DNA of 64,000 nucleotides from Diplonema japonicum (Eukaryota > Protista > Euglenozoa: Diplonemea). Made by a program: the position numbers and the translations under genes. The notes beneath the pieces are model-generated. The model had not been told where the DNA came from, made no database searches, and saw only the letters and a list, made by a program, of their open reading frames with translations. Location of the stretch: assembly GCA_964019335.1 (NCBI GenBank), contig OZ025700.1, forward strand, positions 248,001-312,000. The letters run 5' to 3'. The stretch's first letter is position 1. Each line of letters begins with the position of its first letter. Below, piece by piece: positions 44,734 through 55,550 of the stretch.

Positions 44734-45254
44734 TTCTCAAGAGTGAGAAGGCGTTCATCAGGTGGGTTTATGTTACTTCATTCGGGCCCAGCGCTGGGGC
44801 GTAGTGCATGAAGTAAGTAAGTAAAAAACTGTATTTCGCTCGCTTGGACACCCGTCCACACAAAAAAAAAATTCAAATTAACATGCCAGCTCCCTGAGAC
44901 GAAAGCCGCATGCCCTAAAAAGGAAAAAAAAAAAAAAAAGGGTTGAAAAGAAAAAGCTAGAGAGGAACGGTGAAGCCCAGCTGTAGGGGAATACTCGCTG
45001 TGCTACTGAGGGGGGTAATATGGCTGTAAATTTTCCCAAAGTTTATCATATACTAATCAGGTGTTGACAATTGTTGATCTTTTTTTTTTTCTCCCGACCT
45101 TTTTTTGGGGGAACATCCGCAGCACTTCAAAAAAATTTCAAAAAAAAAAAAAAAAAAAACCTGTTTTTCCGACGAAAAGAGTAAAAAAAAAAAAAAAAAA
45201 CAACGTTTGGGAAGAACTCACGGCCATAAATGAGTTAAAAAAAGGCAAAATAAT

Positions 45255-45298
<44 letters not shown>

Positions 45299-45299
45299 G

Positions 45300-46166
45300 T
45301 CACCCTGTCTTTTTGCAGTACTTATTCATCACATCGATTTCGTGATTTTTATCAGCATATGTATCAATGTTGGATATCCAGTAAGCCTCTTTTTGTGTGT
45401 CATCTTCCCCTTCAATGTCAAGACAGTCAACAACGAAGACGTAAATATTCTCTGCGGGGTAATTATGCAGCGCGACACTGGGAGGGGACTCGACTCTCTT
45501 CTTGCTTTCTGAGTTGACAAGGTCGCGGGCGTCTGCAAAGTGACCACTGCTACGGCTCCATCTAACGGTGCCGTTTTTTGATTTTCCAACGTAAACTGAA
45601 GTGTAGGTTTCTTCACAGAACAAGGCTGCATAAATCATGCCTTGCTTGTGGGCAGCGTGTAGTTCAGTTGCAGGTTTTGTCAGTTCTTTTTGGATCTTCA
45701 ACAGGCGCCCACAATAATTTTCCTGCTCCGTTGTTAGCTTGCTCTCCCTCATGCTTTGAGCCACGGTCCAGGACCTCAACCTTTCTTTGTCATCTTTCCG
45801 TGGTTTCTGCAACAGTCGAAAGTAGTTTCGGTACTCGCACGCCTCGTTCCCGTCTTCGTTTCTCTGCACGTAGGCGAACTTTACGTTTTCCAGAATGTGG
45901 TTCATGTGTAACTCATTGGCTTTTTCAACGCCTTTGACCCTTTCAGGTAGATCTCGGTGGTGGGGCGCTTTTCGGGGTTTCGATGTCAATAAATGTGAAT
46001 TTTCGCGGGTGCAGGCTTTTCGTATCGAGGCAGTGGTGTTTGTTACAATCTTTTTCAAATCCTCCAGCAGTGCATTATTACCAGGTTTGTCCATGGCAAT
46101 ATTTTCGCATTGCAGAAAACTCTGTGTCAGCGCATTTATGAGTATGGTCTCATATTCCTTCGCCAT
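45300..46166 (-). CDS. GIY-YIG endonuclease domain protein
   Basis: GMIY...VYVGKS, RW...H, KEAYWI, late N: the order of GIY-YIG motifs. Confidence 0.75.
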   Translation of the reverse strand: MAKEYETILINALTQSFLQCENIAMDKPGNNALLEDLKKIVTNTTASIRKACTRENSHLLTSKPRKAPHHRDLPERVKGVEKANELHMNHILENVKFAYVQRNEDGNEACEYRNYFRLLQKPRKDDKERLRSWTVAQSMRESKLTTEQENYCGRLLKIQKELTKPATELHAAHKQGMIYAALFCEETYTSVYVGKSKNGTVRWSRSSGHFADARDLVNSESKKRVESPPSVALHNYPAENIYVFVVDCLDIEGEDDTQKEAYWISNIDTYADKNHEIDVMNKYCKKTG

Positions 46167-47092
46167 TTTTTCTTCTTCTTTTTACTTTGTTCTGTTTAGT
46201 TAATTATAAAGAAAGAAGAAAAAAAAAAAGAGAAAAAAAAAAAAAAAACACGAGAGATGGATTTGCAAGACACTCAAGTCAAAAGAAAACCATGCTGTCA
46301 TTTGGGCATAAGTTTTTTTCTTTTCTCTCCCTCCCCCCCTTTTTTTGTGTACTTTTTTTTTAAAAAAAGAAATTTCATTCAGAAAAAAAAAAAGAAAAAA
46401 ATATATATTCCTTGTTCGTTTTTGTTAGTGGTGAGGGAAGACGACAAAAAAAATAACACAAAAATAAAATTTAAAAAAAGGGGGGCGCACAAAAAAAAAA
46501 AAAAAAAAAAAAAAAACCACCATCTGGGTACCTAATAACTACTGCTGGATTTATGGTGCTTTTTTTTTTTTTTTTTTTTTTTTTTCGTTTCCTTTTTTTT
46601 TGCTACCCTTAAGAAAAAAAATCTTTTTTTTAAAAAAAAGCGCCCTCCTCGATCCCCTTCCATTTGTATTTTATTCTTTCCATAAGTTTCACTCGACATT
46701 TTCTTCTTTCCCCGTTCTTTTTTTTTTCCTTTTCCCGTTTTCATTTGCCATCTCATACGCCCTTTCGAGATAATGTTAAAAAATAAAGTATCCTCTTTGG
46801 TTTTTTTTTTTTTTTTTTTTTTTAAATTAAAGTATGAATGGCAAAAAAGCAAAAAAGATTTTTAAAAAAAAAAGATTTACAGGGATTTTTTTTTTCATTT
46901 TTCTTTTTTTTTCCCCTTCCCCCCCCCCCCCCCCCCCCACACACGAAAAGAAAAAAAAAGATAAAATGAGCAAGAAGTATTTTAAAATTTCTGCGGGTTT
47001 CTTCTTTTTTTTTTTTTTCCCCCTTCTTCTGTCGAGTGAAATGGACATCACGAACCCCCCCCCATTTATTTTGCTCATATATTAGTTCCCTC

Positions 47093-47376
47093 TCACATCT
47101 TGGACCCGATAACAGTTGCCAGGTTTGCGTGTGCCTTTTTCTGCGCGGTTTCGCACTTGGTGGGGTCAACTCCCTGTTTTTTTTTTTTTTTTTTTTTTTT
47201 TTTTTCTAAATACCTTGTTCATAGCATGGACCTCTTCAAAGCTCTTCGGGTTACCTTCCAACACTTTGCTCCATGCATCCTTCCCGTCCACCGACGCCTG
47301 GCACTGCATAGTAATCTTTGAACCATCCTCGGCAAACACTGACGTGATTACCTGGTGATTACCATTTATTTCCCCC

Positions 47377-47412
<36 letters not shown>

Positions 47413-48779
47413 CCAGCAGGCAACACAAGACCCTCATCACTATCGTCCACAACGTTGTAAGCGATGGTACCAGGGGCGGCTTTGATCGACTTCGCGGTAA
47501 CGTTGACAAGAATACAGGAATCGGCTTCAATGTGCCCGGCAGTGACGTTACACAGGGAAGACGCCTTCACAGTACCTGTATGAAGGGTACAAGATGCAAC
47601 ACACGAAGCAGCATCGATAGTGCAAGAAGAAGCAATGTTGGAGTCTTTAGGCGTTCCTTGGACAGCGTTGAAGAATGCACGGTAGGCATCGTTCTCCTCA
47701 CCATCCTGTGCAAACCTCATGTTGTTGTCATAGTAGAATGTGAGCTGTCCGTAGTCCCACCAGTACGCGTCTTCACCAGCGTTGACAGCACCGAACACGT
47801 TAAGACCGTTAAGGTTGAAATCGGTCATGATACCGCGAAGCCTCTTATGGTGTTGTTTAGCTTGGTCTTCACCCCAACCCTTCTTCCCCATTACTTCACA
47901 GTATGCTTCAACGGGAAGGGTCAATGGCATCCAGAAATGAGGGTCGGTGTCAAGCTGTCCCTCCCTTGCTTTAAGCTCACCGGAGAATTCCTTCAGCAAT
48001 GCTTCCAACATTGCTGACGAGATAGAGAATGAACCCAAGGATGGACCTACCGATTTAATGTCGCCAAGCGATGCAAGCATACGAGTTGCAGTGGGGTGGT
48101 CGACCTTTTCAATTTGTGCGCCTTCGCCTGATGTGAATTCCACGGCGAGCCCGTATGATGAGAGGCCTTTCTTTTCCCAGATTTCAGCGGTGGGAAGTTC
48201 AGAGAGCATTTGAGCAAGAAGATCGATGTGAGCGGTGGGTTTGTAAGCCGGTGAGATGGACGGGATAAAAATCTGGTCCCCCCAGAAGACGGACAGCCTC
48301 CCTTTTCTCGATGCGGCGTAGCAGGACGTTTGTTTAATAACAGCCTCGAGAATGGTGATCGGAGCGGTGGAATTATCCTTAAGAGCAACGGTTGAGGGAA
48401 GCTTCACACCTGGTTTGTTGTTGTTTTCCGCTCCGGGTAGCGGGGCCAACCTGGTACCTTTTCCTGCGGTGTGGTACACGGCTACGGAGAATTCTCCCGA
48501 AGCCATTTTTTTTTGAAGGTCGACGCCCTTTTCCAAAGCCTTTGTTTGTGCCTTGCTGAAGGCGTACAGAGTACCAAGCCCGTTGCCTGCACCTCCGTTC
48601 CAATCTTCATCAACAGAAACCACCAATGTGTCCTCTTGAACCACAACACCTCTTGACGATTCGAGTCTTTGCTGCCAGTAGTTCGCTTCAATAACCCCAC
48701 TGCAACAAACAATCACAGCGTTGTACCCTTCCTTTGGTGCACCACCCAATGACTTAGCTAGATCGTTTTTAAGGCTCAT
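47093..48779 (-). CDS. Sugar-1-phosphate nucleotidyltransferase (GlgC-like NTP transferase + left-handed beta-helix); exons 48779-47409, 47351-47214, 47173-47093
   Basis: HTAGKGTRLAPL...NKP, FWGDQ, YWWDYG, hexapeptide-like C-domain. Two phase-0 introns (47352-47408, 47174-47213); last exon GVDPTKCETAQKKAHANLATVIGSKM*. Confidence 0.75.
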
Positions 48780-49517
48780 TTTTTTTTTTTTTTGCCTTTT
48801 TTTTTTTTTTTTGAAATTATTTTCTCAGGATGTGGGGGAATTCAAACAAATGTGTGCAGGATCGTATCAAAAAAAAGGGGGGTGGGGGAGTGGGAGGAAA
48901 TGAAAGGTAAAAAAAAAAGAACAAAAAAAAATGAGGGATTTTTTTTTGGGGGGGAGAAACAGGGGGAAAGAAAAGAAGAGAAGAGTTTTCTTTTTTTTTT
49001 TTGAGTTTTCTTTCTTTTCTCCCCCCATTTCTCCCATGCTCCTTTTTTTTTTTTTTTTTTCGTTTGTTGTTTTTCCCTTTCATTTTCGTTTAAGTAAGAA
49101 ACTCTTGCTTTGTTTTTATTATTAAAATATACTTTCTACTGCTTTTTTTTTTGTTTTTTTTTATATTTTGCACGGTCCTGCTGGTCGGGAGGAGAAGGGG
49201 GATGGTATAAGAAAAAAAAAAAGAAAAAAAAAGAAGAAGATAAAAAAATATTAAAAAAAAAATGCACAAAGAGAAAAAAAAGAAGAAGAAAAAAACGATT
49301 TAAAGTTTCAGTGTGCAGAGGGTGCAACAAAAAAAAAAGAGAACAAAGAAGAATGTCTTTAGTTGCCTCTAAAGAATTCATTGATTTTTGAGCAACTTCT
49401 TTTATTCAACAAAGCGGCCCCGGGGGTAAACCAAGAGAAGTTTATGACCCGAAACCACGTGTCCCTCTCTTTTTTTTTTTTTTTTTTTTTTTTTGCTTCA
49501 ACAACAGACTCGTTCTT

Positions 49518-49548
<31 letters not shown>

Positions 49549-49552
<4 letters not shown>

Positions 49553-49874
49553 GGCTTTGATTGCAACACTAGGTGGCGTTAAGCGTGCAACGAAGCACGA
49601 AATACCTACTTGATTACAGGGGGCGCTCCTCGGCCGAGCAGTAGCTTCTTCTGCGTTCCGCGTCGTGTCCTTAATGCATGCGGTGTGCTCAACCCTAGCC
49701 GGGGCGTCCCGGGTAACCAAGATTCTGCGCTCGTGCAGTTTGCTGCCTGTTCGTCACCCTGAGCATCTGCGATACGTTCTTCCACTCGGGCGCTACCGGT
49801 GATGACCGACGAGGAGGTCAACAGCGAACAACACATCTGATGTACTTCTTATATTTCCATGTTATCCCCACCAC

Positions 49875-49875
<1 letters not shown>
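49549..49875. repeat. 327-bp dispersed structured repeat, copy 2
   Basis: Near-identical to 9671-9997; sits between long A-runs. Confidence 0.9.
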
Positions 49876-49920
<45 letters not shown>

Positions 49921-50199
49921 AAATCACTACGATAGGAAAACAATGTGGCCAGCAACGGCCCGATATCCTTTTTTTTTTCTTTTTTTTTTTTTTTTTCTTC
50001 TTCTTCTCTTTTTTCTTTCATTTTTTATTTCTTTTTCTTTTTCTCTCTTTTCTTTTTTTTTTTTCTCTTTTACCGGTAAAAAAGAGGGGAGGGTAAAAAA
50101 AAAAAATACACAATCTGGGGAGGATGAGAAAGAGGGGGTGGGAAGGAGGGTGTGACACTGCTACGTCCTTATTTTTTTTTTTTTTTTTCGCTTTTCCCC

Positions 50200-51625
50200 C
50201 TAGACCTGACACTCCTTGGGTTTTCCATCAGCAAACTCGTCCTCCTCCTCCTTGTCGGGTTTTGTTTCGGGCTTCTCCTCGTGCACCGGTTCATTCTTGC
50301 TCCCCTTTTTCTTACCACCACACCCGCCAGGGTGCATCCCACAACCATACACAAACTGATCATGCTCAACACCACCAAGAGGGTCTTCCGGGGTCACGTT
50401 CACATGAGAAAAGTCAATAGAATTAACGTACTTGTACTTCTCGTACACGGCACTAGCAGGAAGAAGTTTCATGACCACCTGCACAACAATGACATTGGCG
50501 ACAGCGAGAAGAGCAAGGGCACCAACAAGAGTGGTGAGAAGCACCGTGAAGGAAAACTTCGTGATGAAGCCGGTCTGGACAAAGATGATTCGCAGCCCGT
50601 GGCGGTTGTAGTACGTAACCTTGTTGCCCTGCTTGACCTTCTCAACGTACTTGTACTCCGACCTTTGAATCCACTGCAGCTTGTAATCATAACCAAGACT
50701 GTCCGACGTCAGCTCCGGTGTGTCATAGTCGATCAGCACCACGAAGACTCCACCATCGTACCTCAACTATTTTTTTTTTTTTTTTTTTTTTGAAATTTTT
50801 TTTCCACCGTCCACTTTTTACTGTAACCACCAACAATTTCCCTTATTCAACCACTAACTTTTTTTTCCACCGTCCACGGTAACCTCCGACATTTTTATGC
50901 CTCATTGGGGTTTGGTACGAAATGTAGCGAGGGGGGGCAAAACATGATGTCATAGCAAAAGAAAAGGAAAAGAGACCTTTTAAGAGAAACAGGTGTCTAC
51001 CCTGAAGGCTGGGACTACAACCGGGACAGCACTTCGAGGAGTGATTGTGGCTGTGGCGCAGCGGTTGAGTAATAAAGGTTTTTACAAGTTGCTGCATTAT
51101 TTTCCCCTTCTCTCTCACTTCGCTTCCTCTTTGCTGGCCTGCCTATCTGTGACTTCGTGACAACAGGGGGCTTGAGGTCATCCTTGGCATATCCTTCACA
51201 GGCAGGGGGGCGAGGGGTGGAGAAGTACATCAGACGCCAGATGCCTCGGCTTTGGCTTTAAATCGTCTTTGGAAATTGCCCTTGCCAACTTCCAGGAGAA
51301 ATTCTTGGTGTCTTTTTTCGAGCCCTGGTTGTGCCTACACGTTTTTCCCAAGTGCACACACACCTCCACCGTTGACGTTGGAAAAAAAGTTGTGGGTTAC
51401 CGTGGACGGTGGAAAAAAAGTTCTTACTTACATGGTTTAGTGGAAATAAAAATAGGTTACCATGGAGAGTGGAAAATTTTTACAAAAAACCATTTGAGTA
51501 AAAAAGTTGTTAGTTACCGTGGAGAGTGGAAAAAAAGTTGTGGATTACCGTAAACAGTGATGGAAATTCTGCTTACAGACTTGAGTGGAAAAAAGTTATT
51601 TGGTTACCGTGTACGTTGTTTTTCT

Positions 51626-51659
<34 letters not shown>

Positions 51660-52685
51660 CGTGTTAATCTGACAATAGTCACCGATTTTTGCATGGCAGA
51701 AGTTTCCAGTGGTGTTCCACTCGCACCTATTCTGCTCGTAGGCAGCGGACCCGCATGTGGCCTGCGATGTTGTCTCGCATATGGGGCCGTTCCAGTAACA
51801 TTCGCTTTGGCATTGATCGGTCGAGGTGACTTGCGTGTTGCACGTCACACCTAGAGACGTTTGGGAGACTCTGTCTAAAAGCGCAGACCCGAGGTCCGTG
51901 GATTTGACAAATGTGTCGACAGTAAGGATATCACCGTTGATGGTGCCCACGTAGCCGTCGTTTTCGATTCCGGCGGTGATGTCCGCTCCTGATTTCCTCG
52001 GGAGGAATGAAAGTTGTCCGTTGGTAGCGGTGACCAAATCGGCGAAATCAAGTTGAGTGTGGTGTCGTTGGAGCTGGGATTGCGGGCCGTACACGGCGTG
52101 GTTCCACAGCATCGTGAATTTTTCGATATCGCCAACAAAGTAGCTCTTTCCGAACTTTTTGTTCAGCACGCTGAAACTATCAGGTTTGTTACATGTTGCT
52201 CCAGACGTCGCGTCTGTTAAAACAACATCACCCACTGCTTGTGTGTACAACAAATCACTCGCACAGTTAGCTTGTAAGTCATCTTCAACAACAGTTATTC
52301 TTGTTGAGACGAACATGCTGTATTCTTCGCCAGGCGGGATCAGTGCTTCTGTCTCGTCGATCCATAAGCATGGAAGTGTGCCGTTAGGGACTCCACCTGC
52401 CGCGCCGTCCTTGCAGTATGAAGGGAGTGTTGTTGAGTACCCTTGGCGTCTTAAGGAGGTTGTTACTGCGCCCGTCGGTTCTTCTTTGAGGAGGTACCCC
52501 TTCTGCAGGATGACCTCGTAGATTACTATGTAGATGAAGATGGCGATCATGATAAGAATTCTCGCGCACCCAAGACGTCTGTCCCTCACCTTGACCACCC
52601 TTGGGGTTTGGTACGCAAGAATGTCATCGAGATCGAAGGGAAGCCAGCTTGGCTGATCGTCTTCAATGCTTTTATCATCCGACAT
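50200..52685 (-). CDS. P2X receptor (ATP-gated cation channel family), about 530 aa; exons 52685-51660, 50766-50200
   Basis: YQTPRVVKVRDRRLG, TM1, FTMLWNH, TLRYDGGVFVVLIDY across the junction, HGLRIIF..G...F, TM2, YEKYK. One 893-nt phase-0 intron. Confidence 0.9.
50794..51625 (-). mobile_element. Mutator/foldback-like non-autonomous relic inside the P2X intron
   Basis: Inverted arrays of a roughly 28-bp unit (aacttttttttccaccgtccacggtaacc left; ggttaccgtggacggtggaaaaaaagtt and variants right). Internal fragment DLKPPVVTKSQIGRPAKRKRS plus a decayed Cys knuckle, typical of MULE transposase C-termini. Confidence 0.65.
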
Positions 52686-52720
52686 CTTTTTTTTTTTTTT
52701 TTTTTTTTTTTCTTCTTCCA

Positions 52721-52760
<40 letters not shown>

Positions 52761-52863
52761 CCCCGCAGAATAATTTTTCCGTAAAAAAAAAAAAAAAATG
52801 ATGTGTGGAAAAAAGTGGGAGGGAATGGGGGGGGGGGGCAAGTTTTTTTTTTCTTCCTCCCTT

Positions 52864-53507
52864 TCATTTTGCTCCCACGGACTTGTTGATTTTGTGCATT
52901 AAATAGTCCATTTTGTTCGCCATGATCGGCTGGCCTCTCTTTGTTTTCTGCTGCAGCTTCAAATGGCGGTTTTGTCGCTGCTTGTTTGATTTTGCGATAT
53001 CTTGCCGTCTTTTTTCGTCCTGAATTTTTTTTTTTTCTTTTCTTTTTCCCCCGAACATACCTCTGCGGCCCATTTTTTTCTTCGGTCTTCGGCTTCTTTT
53101 TTCCTTGCATTGAACGCGAGTTCTTTTTTCTTCAAGGGGTCTGTGATTTTCTTCTTGGCGGGGTTCTCAGGGTCTTCCTCCCCTTCTTCGTTGCTGCCAT
53201 CTTGAAGTTCTTCTTCCTTTTTTCTGTTCTCTTCTTCCGCCCGTTTTCGCTTCTTTGCTTGTCTCACATGCTTTTTATCTTTTTCAGCTTCAAGTTTTTT
53301 CTGGTACTCTGCTTTTCTGTCTTTGAATTCTTGCGACTCTTCCATCCCCATGCTCTTCAGCAGCTGTGTGTATTCAAATATCATTTTCCCTTCCTGTTTT
53401 CGCTTTTCCACTGCCCTATCATCTGCCAATTGCTTTGATTTCAGCACCTTTGCGTAACGTCCCATCTCTACCTTGGCCCCACCGCCCACTGAGCGCCTTG
53501 CGGACAT
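52864..53507 (-). CDS. rRNA-processing protein, Fyv7/TAP26 (CCDC59) family; exons 53507-53061, 53019-52864
   Basis: A 41-nt phase-0 intron 53020-53060 joins the charged N-part to the C-terminal signature KTKRGQPIMANKMDYLMHKI. Confidence 0.85.
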
Positions 53508-53883
53508 TTTGGTTTTTTTTTCCTTTCCTCTCCCCACCCTGTTAGTATTATTAATGCTTTGTACAAATATGCAAGGGGGGAAGGAACACTCTCCCTCGGG
53601 TGGGCAGAGGGTGCAGTCGGTACAAACAAACAAACAACGTTGCAAAAGGAAGTCCTCCTAGCTAAAGGAGGGCCTCCACCATCGCTGTGTCATGTGGCGT
53701 GGGGGGGAGGGAGTCGAATTGTTTAAGGGGTGCTACTTTGCACCTGCTTCTTTTTTGCTAAAAAAAATTTTTTTTTATATCTTCTTTGGTTCGCATGTTT
53801 GGTTTAATACAAATAAAACAACAACCACACCCTGTTATAAGGTGTTCAGGAAGTGGTTGTCTGTGAAACTATCCCCCTTGCCT

Positions 53884-54225
53884 TCAGTAGTAGTACGCCC
53901 TGGGGCTCACGACAGTGTCGTAGTAGCGCGGAGAGGCCAAGGCGTCGTAGTAACGAGGGGAGGTCGCCGAGGTGTAGTAAGCATCACGGATGCGCCTCGC
54001 AGAGGCATCGGCCTCCACACGAGCCGTCGCTGCAGCCACGCTGTATGAGGGGCTGTACGCGGAGCTGTAGGCAGAACCGTAGGTCGAGCTGTAGTAAGGT
54101 GTGTAAGCAAGGGAAGAGGTGTAGGGGACGGTGGCACGTGCAACAGCAAGGTCGGCCTCAGCACGAGCAACAGCAACATCAACAGAGGTCACCCTCGGGG
54201 ACACAGGTGCGACGTAGTAGACCAT
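53884..54225 (-). CDS. Tyr/Ala-rich SPRYY-repeat protein, copy 1 (113 aa, divergent centre)
   Basis: Tandem paralogue with GC3-rich codon use. Confidence 0.85.
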   Translation of the reverse strand: MVYYVAPVSPRVTSVDVAVARAEADLAVARATVPYTSSLAYTPYYSSTYGSAYSSAYSPSYSVAAATARVEADASARRIRDAYYTSATSPRYYDALASPRYYDTVVSPRAYYY

Positions 54226-54475
54226 TTTATTTTCTTTTTTGAGTTTTTAAAATGTAAGTGTGGAAAGCTGTAGGTGTTCTAACATCAAGGAATGGGAAAG
54301 AATAGTTAACTGAAACACCACCTCGGGTGGGCAGAGGGGTGAAGAGTCGGTACAAACAAACAAAGTTGCAACAAAAAGGAAGTCCTCCTAGCTAAAGGAG
54401 GGTCCCCCACCGTCGCTGTGTCATGTGGTGTGGGGGGAGGGAGTCGAATTGTTTAAAGGGTGCTACTTTGCACCT

Positions 54476-54509
<34 letters not shown>

Positions 54510-54721
54510 ATCTTTCTTGGTTCGTTTAGTTTAATACAATAAACGGGGGAGTCGAATTGTTTAAGGGGTGCTACTTTGCACCTGCTTCTTTTTTGTTAAA
54601 AAAAACTTTTTTTTATATCTTCTTTGGTTCGCATGTTTGGTTTAATACAAATAAAACAACAACCACACCCTGTTATAAGGTGTTCAGGAAGTGGTTGTCT
54701 GTGAAACTATCCCCCTTGCCT

Positions 54722-55051
54722 TCAGTAGTAGTACGCCCTGGGGCTCACGACAGTGTCGTAGTAGCGCGGAGAGGCCAAGGCATCGTAGTAACGAGGGGAG
54801 GTCGCCGAGGTGTAGTAAGCATCACGGATGCGCCTCGCAGAGGCATCGGCCTCCACACGAGCTGTCGCTGCAGCCACATCAGCAGCCACACCGTAGGTGG
54901 TGCTGTAGGCAGAGCTGTAGTAAGGTGTGTAGGCCAAGGAAGTGGTGTAGGGGACGGTGGCACGTGCAACAGCAAGGTCGGCCTCAGCACGAGCAACAGC
55001 AACATCAACAGAGGTCACCCTCGGGGACACAGGTGCGACGTAGTAGACCAT
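54722..55051 (-). CDS. Tyr/Ala-rich SPRYY-repeat protein, copy 2 (109 aa)
   Basis: Tandem paralogue. Confidence 0.85.
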   Translation of the reverse strand: MVYYVAPVSPRVTSVDVAVARAEADLAVARATVPYTTSLAYTPYYSSAYSTTYGVAADVAAATARVEADASARRIRDAYYTSATSPRYYDALASPRYYDTVVSPRAYYY

Positions 55052-55550
55052 TTTATTTTTTTTATGGAACGGAAAAAGGAAGAGTGTGTGGAAAACTGAA
55101 GGTTGCTTATGGTAGTGGATATCTCTGACATGGCGTGCCTGGTCCCTGTTTCTCGCGGTGGGGCACCTTTATTCCAAATGTGATCCGTAGAGTCTGTTTG
55201 TAAGTAACTGTTGCTCACTTCTGCCTCTAGGTAGTGCCTTTTTCGTTGTCACTCTGGTTTTGACATCATGATTATTAGCATGTCCAGAGACACAGGTACA
55301 AGATGTGTAGAGCAGGACAGTCACGACACGCGTGAAGGGAGTGGACATCTACATGACTACGACAGTACTTTCTCCCAAGCACCGGGAATACCACCTGTTG
55401 GTCATGGAGACTGTGACCACGGCAGCTACTAAGGTGTGGTGGATATGCAGCGATTTCTGATCTTCACCCCCAACGATTCCTCAACGTGCTGAAGAAGTGA
55501 ATGCGAAATTTAGAGCAAAAAAAAAAAAAAAAAAAAAAAAAAACAAATAA

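Noticed and set aside
44890-44910. ctgagacgaaa as a Penelope-type hammerhead ribozyme near the GIY-YIG gene
   Set aside because: Does not match CUGANGA, has no stem II, and there is no RT nearby.
48780-50200. Lys/Phe-rich ORFs in spacers (also 27.0-27.9, 29.1-30.2, 32.6-33.1 and 46.2-47.1 kb)
   Set aside because: Low-complexity artefacts with no coding signal.
51380-51612. Regularly spaced repeats resembling a CRISPR array
   Set aside because: Degenerate repeats mirrored in inverted form at 50800-50885, in a eukaryotic intron with no cas genes: transposon subterminal repeats.
52959-53073. Apparent frameshift or homopolymer error in the Fyv7 gene (similarly in the MFS and coiled-coil genes)
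   Set aside because: Fully explained by in-phase GT-AG introns; no programmed frameshift is needed.
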